Notes under the pieces: generated by a model
Told to the model about the DNA's origin: nothing
Databases searched by the model: none
Seen by the model: the letters and a program-made list of their open reading frames with translations, nothing else
Translations under genes and position numbers: made by a program
Assembly (NCBI GenBank): GCA_029856045.1
Contig: JAHQWG010000046.1
Span: forward strand, 53,477 to 117,476
Direction of reading: 5' to 3'
Source of the DNA: Promethearchaeia archaeon
GTDB taxonomy: Archaea > Asgardarchaeota > Lokiarchaeia > Sigyniarchaeales > SOKP01
Length of the DNA stretch: 64,000 bases
Shown: positions 10,027 to 20,365 of the stretch, piece after piece
How the letters are laid out: each line of letters starts with the position of its first letter
Numbering within the stretch: the stretch's first letter is position 1

Positions 10027-11019
10027 GTGAATGATTTGGAACATAACGTTGAAAAAAAAACCGAAGATAAGAAAAGATATCTTAGCGTAGATGTATTTAA
10101 AGGATTGACCATTGCTTTAATGGTTTTTGTAAATTCAGTCCAATTATTTGATAGTGTTCCTGCTTGGACTAAACACGCAGGAGATTATGGGCTTACCTAT
10201 GCAGATCTTATTGCTCCATTCTTTGTTTTCATGATGGCACTCAATTTTAAAACATCATTTCAGCGTCGATTAGAACAAAAAGGAAGGTCAAAAACCTATA
10301 TTCACTTTATACGGAGATATTTAATACTTATTGGAGTTGGACTTCTAATAAGCATTAATGAGGATATGGGAGTTATTTATTTTAGATGGGGCACACTGCA
10401 AGTGCTTGGTATATCGGGTCTTATATTATTACCATTAATCGAATTAAAACCAGAGATAAGGTTGATTTTTGCATGTGTAGGTCTGGTTTTTTATCAAATT
10501 CTAATAGAAACCGAAGTGAGTGAAATAATATATAATGGAGTTGAGGGTGGAATTATTGGCTCACTTTCTTGGGGACTAATGATGATTTTATCCTCTGTTA
10601 TAGCAGAAGGATTAGTAAATAAGAAAATTAAAATTTATTTTTTATTAGGAGGAATAATTTGCACAATATTGGGTATTAGTACACATTATATCTGGGGAAT
10701 AAGTAGGCCTTATGTATCTAGTCCGTATGTTTTAATAAGTGTTGGAATTGCATCTTTAGTATTTTATGGGATATATTATATCTTCGAAATTTGGGGAAAG
10801 GATTATAAATTTACACAAAAAGATAATTTTTTAAGTGTTATGGGAAAAAATGCTTTTATGTTGTTTCTTTTGCATTGGCTTTTGTTTATTATTACATATT
10901 TAATGCTTCCATCAGACACTCACTTCTTAATTGTGTTTATATTTGGCTTTATAAATATTTTTATCATTTGGATAATTGCTTTTCTTATGAATCGAGAAAA
11001 GATGTTCATTATTATATGA
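10027..11019 (+). CDS. HGSNAT-like (heparan-alpha-glucosaminide N-acetyltransferase family) membrane protein
   Basis: RYLSVDVFKGLTIALMVFVN, WTKHA, TYADLIAPFFVF, GTLQVLG; polytopic. Confidence 0.8.
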   Translation: MNDLEHNVEKKTEDKKRYLSVDVFKGLTIALMVFVNSVQLFDSVPAWTKHAGDYGLTYADLIAPFFVFMMALNFKTSFQRRLEQKGRSKTYIHFIRRYLILIGVGLLISINEDMGVIYFRWGTLQVLGISGLILLPLIELKPEIRLIFACVGLVFYQILIETEVSEIIYNGVEGGIIGSLSWGLMMILSSVIAEGLVNKKIKIYFLLGGIICTILGISTHYIWGISRPYVSSPYVLISVGIASLVFYGIYYIFEIWGKDYKFTQKDNFLSVMGKNAFMLFLLHWLLFIITYLMLPSDTHFLIVFIFGFINIFIIWIIAFLMNREKMFIII

Positions 11020-11151
11020 TAGCTGTATTAGCTTTTAATTTTCTTTATTCTAAAGAATTATACTTAATTTATTCGAAAAATAATAAAAAATAATAATTAT
11101 TAATTCTTTTACTGAAAAGAATTATATTAATATTAAATTGAGGTTAAAAAA

Positions 11152-12384
11152 TTGGAAAAAGTAGCAATAATTGGTGTAGGAATTACTCCTTTCAAAGCAC
11201 GTTATTTAGATAAAACCTATTTTGAGTTAGCTTATGATGCAACTAAATTAGCTCTCGAAGATGTAAATAAACAAGGCGCTGAAATTACCCATAAAGATTT
11301 ACAATCTACCGTATATGGGATTTATAATGAGTTATTTGAACGTCAATTTATGCCAGATATCTTTATTAATAGTTATATAGGGATGAACAATAAGCCAGGA
11401 ACACGAATTGCTTCAGGTGGCGCAACTGGAGGATATACTGTGAGAATGGCTTTTGCTGAGGTTGCGTCAGGGTTGTCAGATTTGTGTTTATGCTTAGGTG
11501 TGGAAAAGTGCAACGACTGTTATGATGTACAAACCGGAACGACCACCCCCGAAGTTCTTAATGCGATTGCTTATTCAGCTGATATGACATATGAGTACCC
11601 AATGGGAATGATGGCGGCGTCCTCGTATGTATCTATGGTTAATGCCCATTTCGAAGAGTTTGGTAGTCCAACGGAAGAGCAGATGGCACTTGTCAGTGTA
11701 AAAAATCACGGGAACGCAATAAAGAATCCAAAAGCTCAATCACCAATGAAAATAACCGTAGAAGATGTAATCAATTCGAGAATTATTTGTTATCCGTTTA
11801 AAATGTTAGATTGCTGTTTATATTCAGAGGCATCCGCGGCATTAATTTTAGCCAACGAAGAAAAAGTTAAGGAATTGAAGATCGATAATCCAATCTGGAT
11901 TACTGGTGTAGGTGCCGCAAATACAGATTGTTTTATTGGAAACAGAGAGGATATGGGAAGACTTTATTCAAATATATACGCAGCAAAAGCAGCTTATAAA
12001 ATGGCAGGATTAGATTATAATAAAATCAAGGAACAAATAGATGTTGCAGAATTACATGATGCATTCTCTGGGCAAGAAGTAATTAGCTATGAAGAGCTAG
12101 GATTTGTTCCTTTCGGTGAAGGTGGTAAATGGATTGAAGAAAGAGGTCCTATGAGAGATGGAGAATTACCTTGTTGTCCCTGTGGGGGATTGATTGGATG
12201 TGGACATGCTGTTGGGGCAACTGGAATAATGTCAACTGGCGAAGCGGCGCTTCAATTAAGAGGTGATGCTGGAAAACATCAAGTAATAATTGAAAAGGGA
12301 AGGGGTTTAGCGCATTCAATCGGAGGTCCTGGTGCAGCATATGCAGCTATAATAATAATGGAAAATCAGGAGGCGAAAAAATAA
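11152..12384 (+). CDS. SCP2/Ltp-type thiolase-fold protein (no nucleophilic Cys)
   Basis: SGGATGG, KNHGNAIKNPKAQ, ELHDAF, GGLIGCGHAVGATG; TTG start after GAGGT. Confidence 0.88.
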   Translation: MEKVAIIGVGITPFKARYLDKTYFELAYDATKLALEDVNKQGAEITHKDLQSTVYGIYNELFERQFMPDIFINSYIGMNNKPGTRIASGGATGGYTVRMAFAEVASGLSDLCLCLGVEKCNDCYDVQTGTTTPEVLNAIAYSADMTYEYPMGMMAASSYVSMVNAHFEEFGSPTEEQMALVSVKNHGNAIKNPKAQSPMKITVEDVINSRIICYPFKMLDCCLYSEASAALILANEEKVKELKIDNPIWITGVGAANTDCFIGNREDMGRLYSNIYAAKAAYKMAGLDYNKIKEQIDVAELHDAFSGQEVISYEELGFVPFGEGGKWIEERGPMRDGELPCCPCGGLIGCGHAVGATGIMSTGEAALQLRGDAGKHQVIIEKGRGLAHSIGGPGAAYAAIIIMENQEAKK

Positions 12385-12385
12385 A

Positions 12386-12877
12386 ATGGAATTTCAAGCA
12401 CATCAAATAAAAGATATACTTAAAATTGATTATAGGTATACTATGGGAGGACAATCTAAGTTTTTCATAGAGTTGATGAATAATAAAAAACTATTAGGTA
12501 CAAAATGTACTAAATGCGGAAAGATTTGGATGCCTCCAAGAATAAATTGCTCGGAATGCTACGAACCAGCGGAGTGGGTCGAGATGAAACAAACCGGAAC
12601 AATAGATGTTAGCACCATTGTGTGGTATACTACATCTGCTTTTATTAAAGCGATTCCCTACGGAATTGGTTTTATTAGATTAGATGGTGCGGATACAGCG
12701 ATGCTTCAAGGAATATTTTCCGAGAGTTTAATTCCATCTAAAGTAAAGAAAGGAAAAAAAGTAAGAGCAGTATTTCAAAAAGAAAGGGAAGGAAAAATGA
12801 CAGATTTTTTCTTTGTACCCGAAGATGAATATGAAGATTGGATAGCAAAACCAGAATATGAAGGGGGTTCAGAATGA
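12386..12877 (+). CDS. DUF35 Zn-ribbon/OB-fold protein
   Basis: KCTKCGKIWMPPRINCSEC, IRLDGAD. Confidence 0.88.
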   Translation: MEFQAHQIKDILKIDYRYTMGGQSKFFIELMNNKKLLGTKCTKCGKIWMPPRINCSECYEPAEWVEMKQTGTIDVSTIVWYTTSAFIKAIPYGIGFIRLDGADTAMLQGIFSESLIPSKVKKGKKVRAVFQKEREGKMTDFFFVPEDEYEDWIAKPEYEGGSE

Positions 12878-13239
12878 ACGATGGTAGAATAGAATTTGAA
12901 AAAATTATTGATTTAATAAATAAAACACCAAAATCAAAACAAGTTTTCGAATCAGAGGATTGGAGATATACTATTCAATTTAAATTGGATGGAGAAGATG
13001 ATCCATTTTTTCTCGTTGTCAAGGATGGAATTGGAAAAGTTTTTGTAGGTGAAGATATTAATGCGGATATGTTAATCACTGGTGACAGCAATAGTATTAT
13101 AAAAATCAGTCAAGGGAAAGGTGATTTTACTCATGGAATTAGTCGTGAAGAGATTAATGTTGAAAAAGGAAAAGTATTTGAATTAATGCGGATAAGTAGA
13201 GCAATTGGAGTTGCATTAAAAGAACAGAAGATGAAGTAA
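12874..13239 (+). CDS. SCP2 sterol/lipid-binding domain protein
   Basis: 121 aa; TIQFKLDG...FFLVVKDG...ADMLITGD SCP2 pattern; ATGA overlap with the DUF35 gene. Confidence 0.7.
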   Translation: MNDGRIEFEKIIDLINKTPKSKQVFESEDWRYTIQFKLDGEDDPFFLVVKDGIGKVFVGEDINADMLITGDSNSIIKISQGKGDFTHGISREEINVEKGKVFELMRISRAIGVALKEQKMK

Positions 13240-13354
13240 AAAATATTTTATTATTTTTTTTATTACTCAAAAAAAGCGATTTTAATTTTAGTATTTTATT
13301 GAAAATCTTTCTCTCTTATAATGTATTTAATAAACCCTTGAATTACTTCTTTTT

Positions 13355-13972
13355 ATGGTTGATAAAAAACAAGCAGAAAGTATAGCTAAGAATATTGTAA
13401 AGAAGGTATTAAAAGATAACAAATTGCTTTCTGAATTGATTAAAGGAGTTGCTTCAAAGGATGATTCTATAAGGTATCCAAATGCAATAGCTTTAGAGAT
13501 TTTAAGCAATGAACATCCTGAGATGATATATCCTGAATGGGATTTCTTTATAGATTTACTTAATCGTAGAAACGCATACTCGAAGTCTATTGCGATTAAA
13601 ACCATAGCAAACCTTACGAGTGTAGATATAGAAGACAGGTTCGAGAATATATTTAACGAGTATTACAATGAATTAAATGACAAAAGCGTGATTGTAGCTA
13701 GGCAACTTGCAATTAATTCTGGAAAGATTGCCAAAGCAAAACCTAAACTTCAAACCAAAATAACAAACAAGTTATTAAGCATAGATGAAACTAATCACAA
13801 TCCAAATCGTAAAGATTTAATAAAGGGAGATATTATAAAAGCGTTCAGTGAATATTTTGAAGAAATTGAGAATAAGAAAGAGATAATAAAATTCGTAAAG
13901 AAACAATTAAAAAGTACTAGCCCGAGTACTTTAAAGAAAGTAAAAGAATTCCTAAAGAGATGGGAGAATTAA
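13355..13972 (+). CDS. Hypothetical alpha-helical (HEAT/ARM-like) protein
   Basis: Helical repeats such as SKDDSIRYPNAIALEILS and LNDKSVIVARQLA. Confidence 0.55.
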   Translation: MVDKKQAESIAKNIVKKVLKDNKLLSELIKGVASKDDSIRYPNAIALEILSNEHPEMIYPEWDFFIDLLNRRNAYSKSIAIKTIANLTSVDIEDRFENIFNEYYNELNDKSVIVARQLAINSGKIAKAKPKLQTKITNKLLSIDETNHNPNRKDLIKGDIIKAFSEYFEEIENKKEIIKFVKKQLKSTSPSTLKKVKEFLKRWEN

Positions 13973-14040
13973 ATTTCTATTTTTTTATTTGAAACTTTTT
14001 AGAAAAAAATTTATATTAATCTTTAAATTAAGAATAGACT

Positions 14041-14874
14041 ATGGAATTTGAAAATTTAATTTATGAAGAAAAGGATCAAGTAGCTTGGGTTATACTTAAT
14101 CGATCTGAAGTCTTAAATGCATTAAACATGAAACTTTCTGATGAGTTAGTTGCTGCTATAGAAATTGTAAGACAATCTACAAAACTTAAATTTTTAGTTA
14201 TTAAAGGAGCAGGTAATAATTTCAGTGTTGGAGATGATATTAAGGAAATGATTAAATGGGGCGATGCTAATGATATAACACGAAGAGCGAGATATTATCA
14301 AAATATGGCTAATCAGCTTGAAGAGTTGGATAAAATCACAATTGCCGCTGTAGATGGATATGCTGTAGGTGGTGGCTTAGAAATTACTATGGCATGTGAT
14401 TTTGTAATTGCCACTGAGCGCTCAAAATGGGGTATGCCAGAGGTGGATGTCGGAATAACTCCCGGATGGGGTGGGACCACAAGATTAGCTCGACTTATAG
14501 GTCGAAGGAGAGCTAAAGAAATTAATCTTATTGGTGCACTTCATTCCGGAAAAAAGGCGGTGGATTGGAATTTGTGGAACCGGGTTGTACCAAACGATAA
14601 TCTTGATGATGAGGTGGAACGGTTATTGGAGGTACTTAAATCTAAAAATCAGCAAGGATTACGTCAATTAAAATTTGTAATTAATCGCGGAGTAGAATGT
14701 GATTTATATACTGCTCAAGGTTTTGAAGTATTATCTGCTGGTTTAACTGCAGCTGTTAGTGGAATGTGGAAAATAAAAGATGCTGATCAAGGTAAGGGTG
14801 TAATCGGCTTCACTGATAAGGCTGGTCTATGGCAAACAAGAAGACGAATGGCAAAAGACTTTTGGGTTGATTAA
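14041..14874 (+). CDS. Enoyl-CoA hydratase/isomerase family protein
   Basis: LNRSEVLNAL, FSVGDDI, AAVDGYAVGGGLEITMACD, GMPEVDVGITPGWGGT. Confidence 0.92.
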   Translation: MEFENLIYEEKDQVAWVILNRSEVLNALNMKLSDELVAAIEIVRQSTKLKFLVIKGAGNNFSVGDDIKEMIKWGDANDITRRARYYQNMANQLEELDKITIAAVDGYAVGGGLEITMACDFVIATERSKWGMPEVDVGITPGWGGTTRLARLIGRRRAKEINLIGALHSGKKAVDWNLWNRVVPNDNLDDEVERLLEVLKSKNQQGLRQLKFVINRGVECDLYTAQGFEVLSAGLTAAVSGMWKIKDADQGKGVIGFTDKAGLWQTRRRMAKDFWVD

Positions 14875-15000
14875 AAGACTTTAACTTTAACCTCTCTGTT
14901 AGTTACAGCCTTTTCATGCATAATTTTTATTACTGCTATTTCTACTTTCTTGTTTGAAAATGTATAAGGAATAACATCTAGAGGAGTTTATTTTATAATA
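14871..15000 (-). pseudogene. Degenerate C-terminal fragment of an acetoacetate-CoA ligase paralogue
   Basis: Minus strand reads IIK*TPLDVIPYTFSNKKVEIAVIKIMHEKAVTNREV, matching IILETPPDGIPYTFSNKKVEIAVTKIIHGIAVANRGA at the end of the adjacent gene. Confidence 0.85.
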
Positions 15001-15075
15001 ATAATTCCATAATTTGGTCATGGAACACTTTAGTTACAAAAATATCTAAAAAGTAAAAAATTGAGAATTATTTCT

Positions 15076-17070
15076 TTATTTAAGATCTTCTTTAATTTTC
15101 TCATAGAAATCCAATGATTCAGGGTTTCTTAAAGCACCTCTATTTGCCACAGCTATGCCATGTATGATTTTTGTTACAGCAATCTCTACCTTTTTATTAC
15201 TGAATGTATAAGGAATGCCATCTGGAGGAGTCTCCAAAATAATTTTAGGAACATGTCGTGGGGATGTTTTTTCCCGTAGAGTTTTCTTTATCTTTTCTTT
15301 TAAATCTCCAGTTAATTCATAACCTTCGTTTAATAGGACAAACATTATAATACGAATATCTCCCTCCCATTTTTGGCCAATTACCAAACTGTCGGCAATC
15401 TCGGGAAGTTGTTCAATAACATTATAGATTTCTGCGGTTCCAATGCGAACACCTGATGGCTTCAAGACAGCGTCAGAACGACCCCAGAAGGTGATACCGC
15501 CTGTATCGCTATGAATTACTATGTAGTCGCCATGTCTCCATACATTCTTACCAGTATCTTTAAAGTGGTCAAAATACGCTGTCTTATATTTTGTCATATT
15601 ATCATCATCGTCCCAGAAATATATAGGCATTGAGGGTGCAGGTGCTTCACATACGAGTTCAGCCTGCTCATCAAGAACTGGTTCTGCCCTTTCATTATAA
15701 GATTTAACTCTCATTGCTAACGCGGGACCTTGTAATTCGCTGGAATAGACAGGAAGAATTGGGATAGCCCCAGCAAAGCAGCCATTAATATCCGTTCCAC
15801 CGCTTATTGAATTAAAATATAGATCTTTCTTGATTTCCTTATAAACATATTCAAATCCTTCTGGCGAAAGAGTAGAAGCCGTTTGAGATATTACTCTTAA
15901 TGCACTTAAATCATATTTTTCAGTTGGTTTAGCGCCAATACCCATTAAATAATGAATATAGGAGGCACTTGTACCAAAAATTGAAATTTTATGCTTTTCC
16001 ATAAGTTCAAACATTATAAGGGGATCTGGATAGAGGGGATTACCATCATAAAGGAAGATTGTTGCACCTACTGCTAATGAGCTTATCAACCAATTCCACA
16101 TCATCCATGAGGGTGCAGTAATATAGATAATTACATCACTTCGTTTTAGATCTGTTGAGAGAATAAGTTCACTTAAATGTTTAATAAGAACTCCACCCGC
16201 TCCTTGTACCATACATTTCGGCTTACCAGTTGTTCCCGAGGAGAACATAACATAAACTGGGTGGTCGAAAGGTAATTGTTCGAATTGATTTACTGGATTT
16301 TCCTCTTTAGAGATAAAATCGTCCCAATGGACCGCATTATGGATACTGCTAATTTCAGGCTTCCTATCGGAGATATATGAAGCAACGATAACTTTTTCAA
16401 TTGATGGAATAACATCAACCACTTTTTTAATATTAGGAACTATTTCGAAAACTTTATCTCTGTAATAGTATCCATCGACCGTAAAGAGTACTTTAGGTTT
16501 AATTTGACCAAATCGATCAATTACAGCACTAGGTTGTAATTCAGCACCGCAGGAAGCCCAAATTGCGCCAATACTAGTAGTCGCGAGCATAGCAATCGCA
16601 GTTTCAATCAAATTCGGAATATATGATACGACTCTATCTCCAACTTTTACCCCCATTTCACGGAGTGATTTTGCTAAACGAGCTACAACTTTATTCAACT
16701 CTGCATAAGTCATTTTCTTTGATACTTTTGTTTCACCTTGAAAGATAAACGCTAATTTATCGTCTTTAAATCTCAACATATTTTCTGCAAAATTTAATCT
16801 CGCTTTAGGAAACCATTTCGTACCAGGATATACGTTTAAATCCTCAACTACCTTTTCATATGGTTGGGATGATATTATTCCACTAAATTTCCACATTGCA
16901 TCCCAGAAATCTTCTATTTTTTCGACACTCCATTCATATAATTCTTTCCCAGTAGATATATTTTGAATATATTCTTTATTGATTAATTCGATAAACCGGG
17001 TAACTTCAGCGTTTTTAATCCAATCCTCCGAAGGTTCCCAAAGTTTTTTTCGATTTGCTATATTTAACAC
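15076..17070 (-). CDS. Acetoacetate-CoA ligase (acetoacetyl-CoA synthetase)
   Basis: LNFAENML, FSSGTTGKPKC, SISGGTDINGCF, GRSDAVLKPSGVRIGTAEIY, SPRHVP, NKKVE; true start may be ATA at 17061. Confidence 0.92.
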   Translation of the reverse strand: MLNIANRKKLWEPSEDWIKNAEVTRFIELINKEYIQNISTGKELYEWSVEKIEDFWDAMWKFSGIISSQPYEKVVEDLNVYPGTKWFPKARLNFAENMLRFKDDKLAFIFQGETKVSKKMTYAELNKVVARLAKSLREMGVKVGDRVVSYIPNLIETAIAMLATTSIGAIWASCGAELQPSAVIDRFGQIKPKVLFTVDGYYYRDKVFEIVPNIKKVVDVIPSIEKVIVASYISDRKPEISSIHNAVHWDDFISKEENPVNQFEQLPFDHPVYVMFSSGTTGKPKCMVQGAGGVLIKHLSELILSTDLKRSDVIIYITAPSWMMWNWLISSLAVGATIFLYDGNPLYPDPLIMFELMEKHKISIFGTSASYIHYLMGIGAKPTEKYDLSALRVISQTASTLSPEGFEYVYKEIKKDLYFNSISGGTDINGCFAGAIPILPVYSSELQGPALAMRVKSYNERAEPVLDEQAELVCEAPAPSMPIYFWDDDDNMTKYKTAYFDHFKDTGKNVWRHGDYIVIHSDTGGITFWGRSDAVLKPSGVRIGTAEIYNVIEQLPEIADSLVIGQKWEGDIRIIMFVLLNEGYELTGDLKEKIKKTLREKTSPRHVPKIILETPPDGIPYTFSNKKVEIAVTKIIHGIAVANRGALRNPESLDFYEKIKEDLK

Positions 17071-17469
17071 CTCATATTTTTATATTTTAACAATTTGATA
17101 ATTTATAACTAAAAATTAATTGAATAATTCTATTTACTATTCTTTTTTATTTAATCTTTCTTAAAGAGTTATTAAATTGATTATTGAAATGCATAAAAAT
17201 ATTCAATTATATTTTAAAATTAAAAGCTTTTTAGCAGAAATTAATAATATTTCCAAATTTTATCATAGATAATCATATTTTCTTTATAATTCTTCAATTA
17301 TTATTAAGATTTTTAACAAAACTTGAAAACTTTTTAATTAGATTTTCCCAATTTCGTCAAAACGATATTTTTTTGAGAAATTTTTGGTTAAGAATAAATC
17401 TAATTATTAATTATCTATTTTGAAAAAATTTAATAACTTTTTATTAATAAAAAGAGGTTAATTTGCATT

Positions 17470-18477
17470 ATGGAAATGAAAATTTTAAAAGAAGGAAGTG
17501 GAGAAATATTTTGTAAAAATACTCCCGCTGAAGTTAGAAAATGGACTAGAGAAAATAAATCTCGTGCTCTAAAAGATAAGCGTATGAGATTAAAAGATGC
17601 TGTAAAAAAATTTATTAAAGATGGAGATTATCTTGCCATTGGAGGATTTGGACATATTCGAGTACCAATGGCTACTATATATGAGATTGTAAGGCAAAAA
17701 ATTAAAGATTTATCTGTAGCGGGGCATACGGCGGTGCAGGATATAGATGTATTAATGGCAGGAGGTTGTGTTAAAAATGTTGATATTGCTTATGTTGTTG
17801 GTTTTGAACTACGAGGGCTTTCTGGGGTCCAAAGACGCCTTTTTGAAAACGGACAGGTTAAGAAAACTGATTATACAAATGGAGCAATGTCATATCGACT
17901 TCGTGCAGGTGCTCAAGGAATACCTTTTATTCCAGTGAAGGTTATGCTTGGAACGGATACTATGATGCATTCCCCTGGAAAAGTTGTTAAATGCCCTTTT
18001 ACAGGGGAAAAAGTGTTATTATTGCCTTCATTGAATCCTGATGTTTGTATAATTCACGCCCATCGGGCTGACATGTATGGGAATGTTCAAATTGATGGGC
18101 ATATTGTAAAAGATGATTTACAAGCAAGAGCATCTAAAAGGGTTATAGTAACTTGCGAAGAACTAGTAGATACTGAAGTTATTAGAGCAGATCCTGGTAA
18201 AACTGTAATTCCATTTTATATGGTAGATGCTGTAACTGAACATCCTTGGGGATCTCATCCTGGTAATATGCCATATAAATACTACTTTGACCATGAATTT
18301 ACTGAAGATTATTTGGCTGCTGGAAGAAATAAGGATCCAAAAGTTTTAAAAAATTGGCTAGATGAATGGATATATAATATTAATGATTTTTACGAATATT
18401 TAGAAAAATTGGGAGCTAGAAGACTTTATACTCTTAGAGATGTTGAATTTTTAAGACCACCAGTGAGGGGGAGTTAA
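17470..18477 (+). CDS. Family I CoA-transferase subunit A (glutaconate CoA-transferase A-like)
   Basis: IKDGDYLAIGGF, AGAQGIPFIP, HAHRADMYGNVQ, PWGSHP. Confidence 0.88.
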   Translation: MEMKILKEGSGEIFCKNTPAEVRKWTRENKSRALKDKRMRLKDAVKKFIKDGDYLAIGGFGHIRVPMATIYEIVRQKIKDLSVAGHTAVQDIDVLMAGGCVKNVDIAYVVGFELRGLSGVQRRLFENGQVKKTDYTNGAMSYRLRAGAQGIPFIPVKVMLGTDTMMHSPGKVVKCPFTGEKVLLLPSLNPDVCIIHAHRADMYGNVQIDGHIVKDDLQARASKRVIVTCEELVDTEVIRADPGKTVIPFYMVDAVTEHPWGSHPGNMPYKYYFDHEFTEDYLAAGRNKDPKVLKNWLDEWIYNINDFYEYLEKLGARRLYTLRDVEFLRPPVRGS

Positions 18478-18480
18478 AAA

Positions 18481-19260
18481 ATGTCTGTAAAAAATTATAC
18501 ATTAAGAGAACTAATGGCTTGTGTTGCCGCGAAACAATTAGAAGATGAAAAAGCTGTTGCTGTTGGGACTGGATTACCTTTAGTTGCAACCATGCTTGCA
18601 CAACAAACTCATGCACCAAATTTGTTAATTATTTTCGAAGCTGGTGGTATTGCTCCACAATTACCAACACTTCCAATATCTGTTGGAGATTCACGGACAA
18701 TCCATAAAGCGCTTTGTACCACTACATTAATTGATATTATGGATACAATTCGTAGAGGTTATGTTGATTATGCCTTTTTAGGAGGTGCCCAAATTGATAA
18801 ATACGGAAACCTAAACTCTACTATGATTGGGGACAATTACGAAAAACCAAAAGTTAGATTCCCGGGTTCTGGAGGGGCAAATGATTTTGGATCATTAGCA
18901 TGGGAGACACTTATAATAATGGATCGGCATGGTCCAAGGCGATTTGTTGAAAAGGTGGATTTTATCACAACTCCAGGATATTTATATGGTCCAGGAGCCC
19001 GAGAAGAAGAAGGTTTATCGGAAAATACAGGTCCATCACGTGTTATCACAGATTTATGCCTATTTGACTTTGAACCTGAAACTAAGAGAATGAGATTGAT
19101 CGCTTGCCATCCAGGAATTACTACTGAGGACGTTATAAAAGCAACGGGTTTTGAAATATTAATAGCAGATGAAGTAGGCACAACTGATCCCCCCACCAAA
19201 GAAGAATTAAGGTTATTACATGAAGTAATTGATCCTTTAGGATTTGTCTTTAAAAAATAA
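18481..19260 (+). CDS. Family I CoA-transferase subunit B
   Basis: GTGLP, FEAG, FLGGAQIDKYGNLNST, PGSGGAND, VDFITTPG, VITDL. Confidence 0.9.
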   Translation: MSVKNYTLRELMACVAAKQLEDEKAVAVGTGLPLVATMLAQQTHAPNLLIIFEAGGIAPQLPTLPISVGDSRTIHKALCTTTLIDIMDTIRRGYVDYAFLGGAQIDKYGNLNSTMIGDNYEKPKVRFPGSGGANDFGSLAWETLIIMDRHGPRRFVEKVDFITTPGYLYGPGAREEEGLSENTGPSRVITDLCLFDFEPETKRMRLIACHPGITTEDVIKATGFEILIADEVGTTDPPTKEELRLLHEVIDPLGFVFKK

Positions 19261-19382
19261 AATCATTTTTTTTTAATATAAATTAGAATGCGAAATAAAA
19301 AATTTTAAAATTCCAAAAATCAATATTAATTTTATTAAATTAAATTTGAATCTAAAAAGTCAAACAAAAAAAGTAATTTAAA

Positions 19383-20297
19383 ATGGAAGTATATGAAAAT
19401 AATCCAAAAAATAAATTAGTAATAAGTGCAGCATTAGCCGGGGCAGTAACGAGAAAGGACCAAAACCCTGCTGTTCCTTATTCACCCGAAGAATTTGGAG
19501 ATGAAGCTAAAAAATGCTATGAAGCGGGGGCCGCAATAGTCCATATCCATGCAAGAGATGTAGCACAGGGGGGTATTCCCACACCAAATTTGGAAATTAT
19601 TAAAGCCACTATTGAGAATATAAAGCTAAAAGCCCCAGGTGTTATAATTAACTTGAGTTCCGCAATTAGCGCTGTAGCTACTGACCGGGAACGAATTATG
19701 CCTGTGAGAACATTCAAACCTCCTTTAGCGTCATTAAACACTAATTCAATGAATTTTTCGGTTGGAGATTTCAAGGCAGGAAAAGTAATTATGGGTGCTG
19801 GAAATATTTTTAATAACTCATTTAGCACAATTCAAAATTTCGCTAAACATATGAGGAAAGCGCAGACCAAACCTGAGATGGAAATTTATGATTTGGGGGG
19901 TATGTATAACATGCTATTTCTTAACAGACAAGAAGGCACGTTTGAAAAACCTTTACACTTTCAGTTTGTTTTCGGTGTTCTTGGTGGAATACCCTTCAGT
20001 CCTCAAAACCTAGGGCGTCTACTGGATTTGAAGCCCCCAAGAGCAACATGGAGTGTTTGTGGAGTAGCTAAACAACAATTTCAAGCAGGCATGTGTGCTG
20101 CTGCATGGGGTGGGCATATTCGAGTTGGTTTAGAAGACAACATACGTAATATTAATGGTGATTTAGCTAAAGGCTCATGGGAACAGGTTGCTTGGGCTAA
20201 AAAAGTAGCTGAAGACGCTGGGCGAGAATTTGCTCAAGGTGCAGAGGCTAAAAAAATCTTCAACCTTTTACGCGACGATGTGGATTTGTCTGATTAA
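19383..20297 (+). CDS. Beta-keto acid cleavage enzyme (3-keto-5-aminohexanoate cleavage/DUF849 family)
   Basis: NPAVPYSPEE, AGAAIVHIHAR, ASLNTNSMNF, PEMEIYD, GGHIRVGLED. Confidence 0.9.
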   Translation: MEVYENNPKNKLVISAALAGAVTRKDQNPAVPYSPEEFGDEAKKCYEAGAAIVHIHARDVAQGGIPTPNLEIIKATIENIKLKAPGVIINLSSAISAVATDRERIMPVRTFKPPLASLNTNSMNFSVGDFKAGKVIMGAGNIFNNSFSTIQNFAKHMRKAQTKPEMEIYDLGGMYNMLFLNRQEGTFEKPLHFQFVFGVLGGIPFSPQNLGRLLDLKPPRATWSVCGVAKQQFQAGMCAAAWGGHIRVGLEDNIRNINGDLAKGSWEQVAWAKKVAEDAGREFAQGAEAKKIFNLLRDDVDLSD

Positions 20298-20339
20298 AAA
20301 ATAGTTATAAATTAATTCTAACCATTTTATTTTGTGTGG

Positions 20340-20365
20340 TTTTTTTTTTTTTTTTATTATTTTTT
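20340..20365. terminator. Oligo-T tract between convergent genes, probable archaeal-type terminator
   Basis: About 16 consecutive T downstream of the BKACE stop. Confidence 0.45.
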
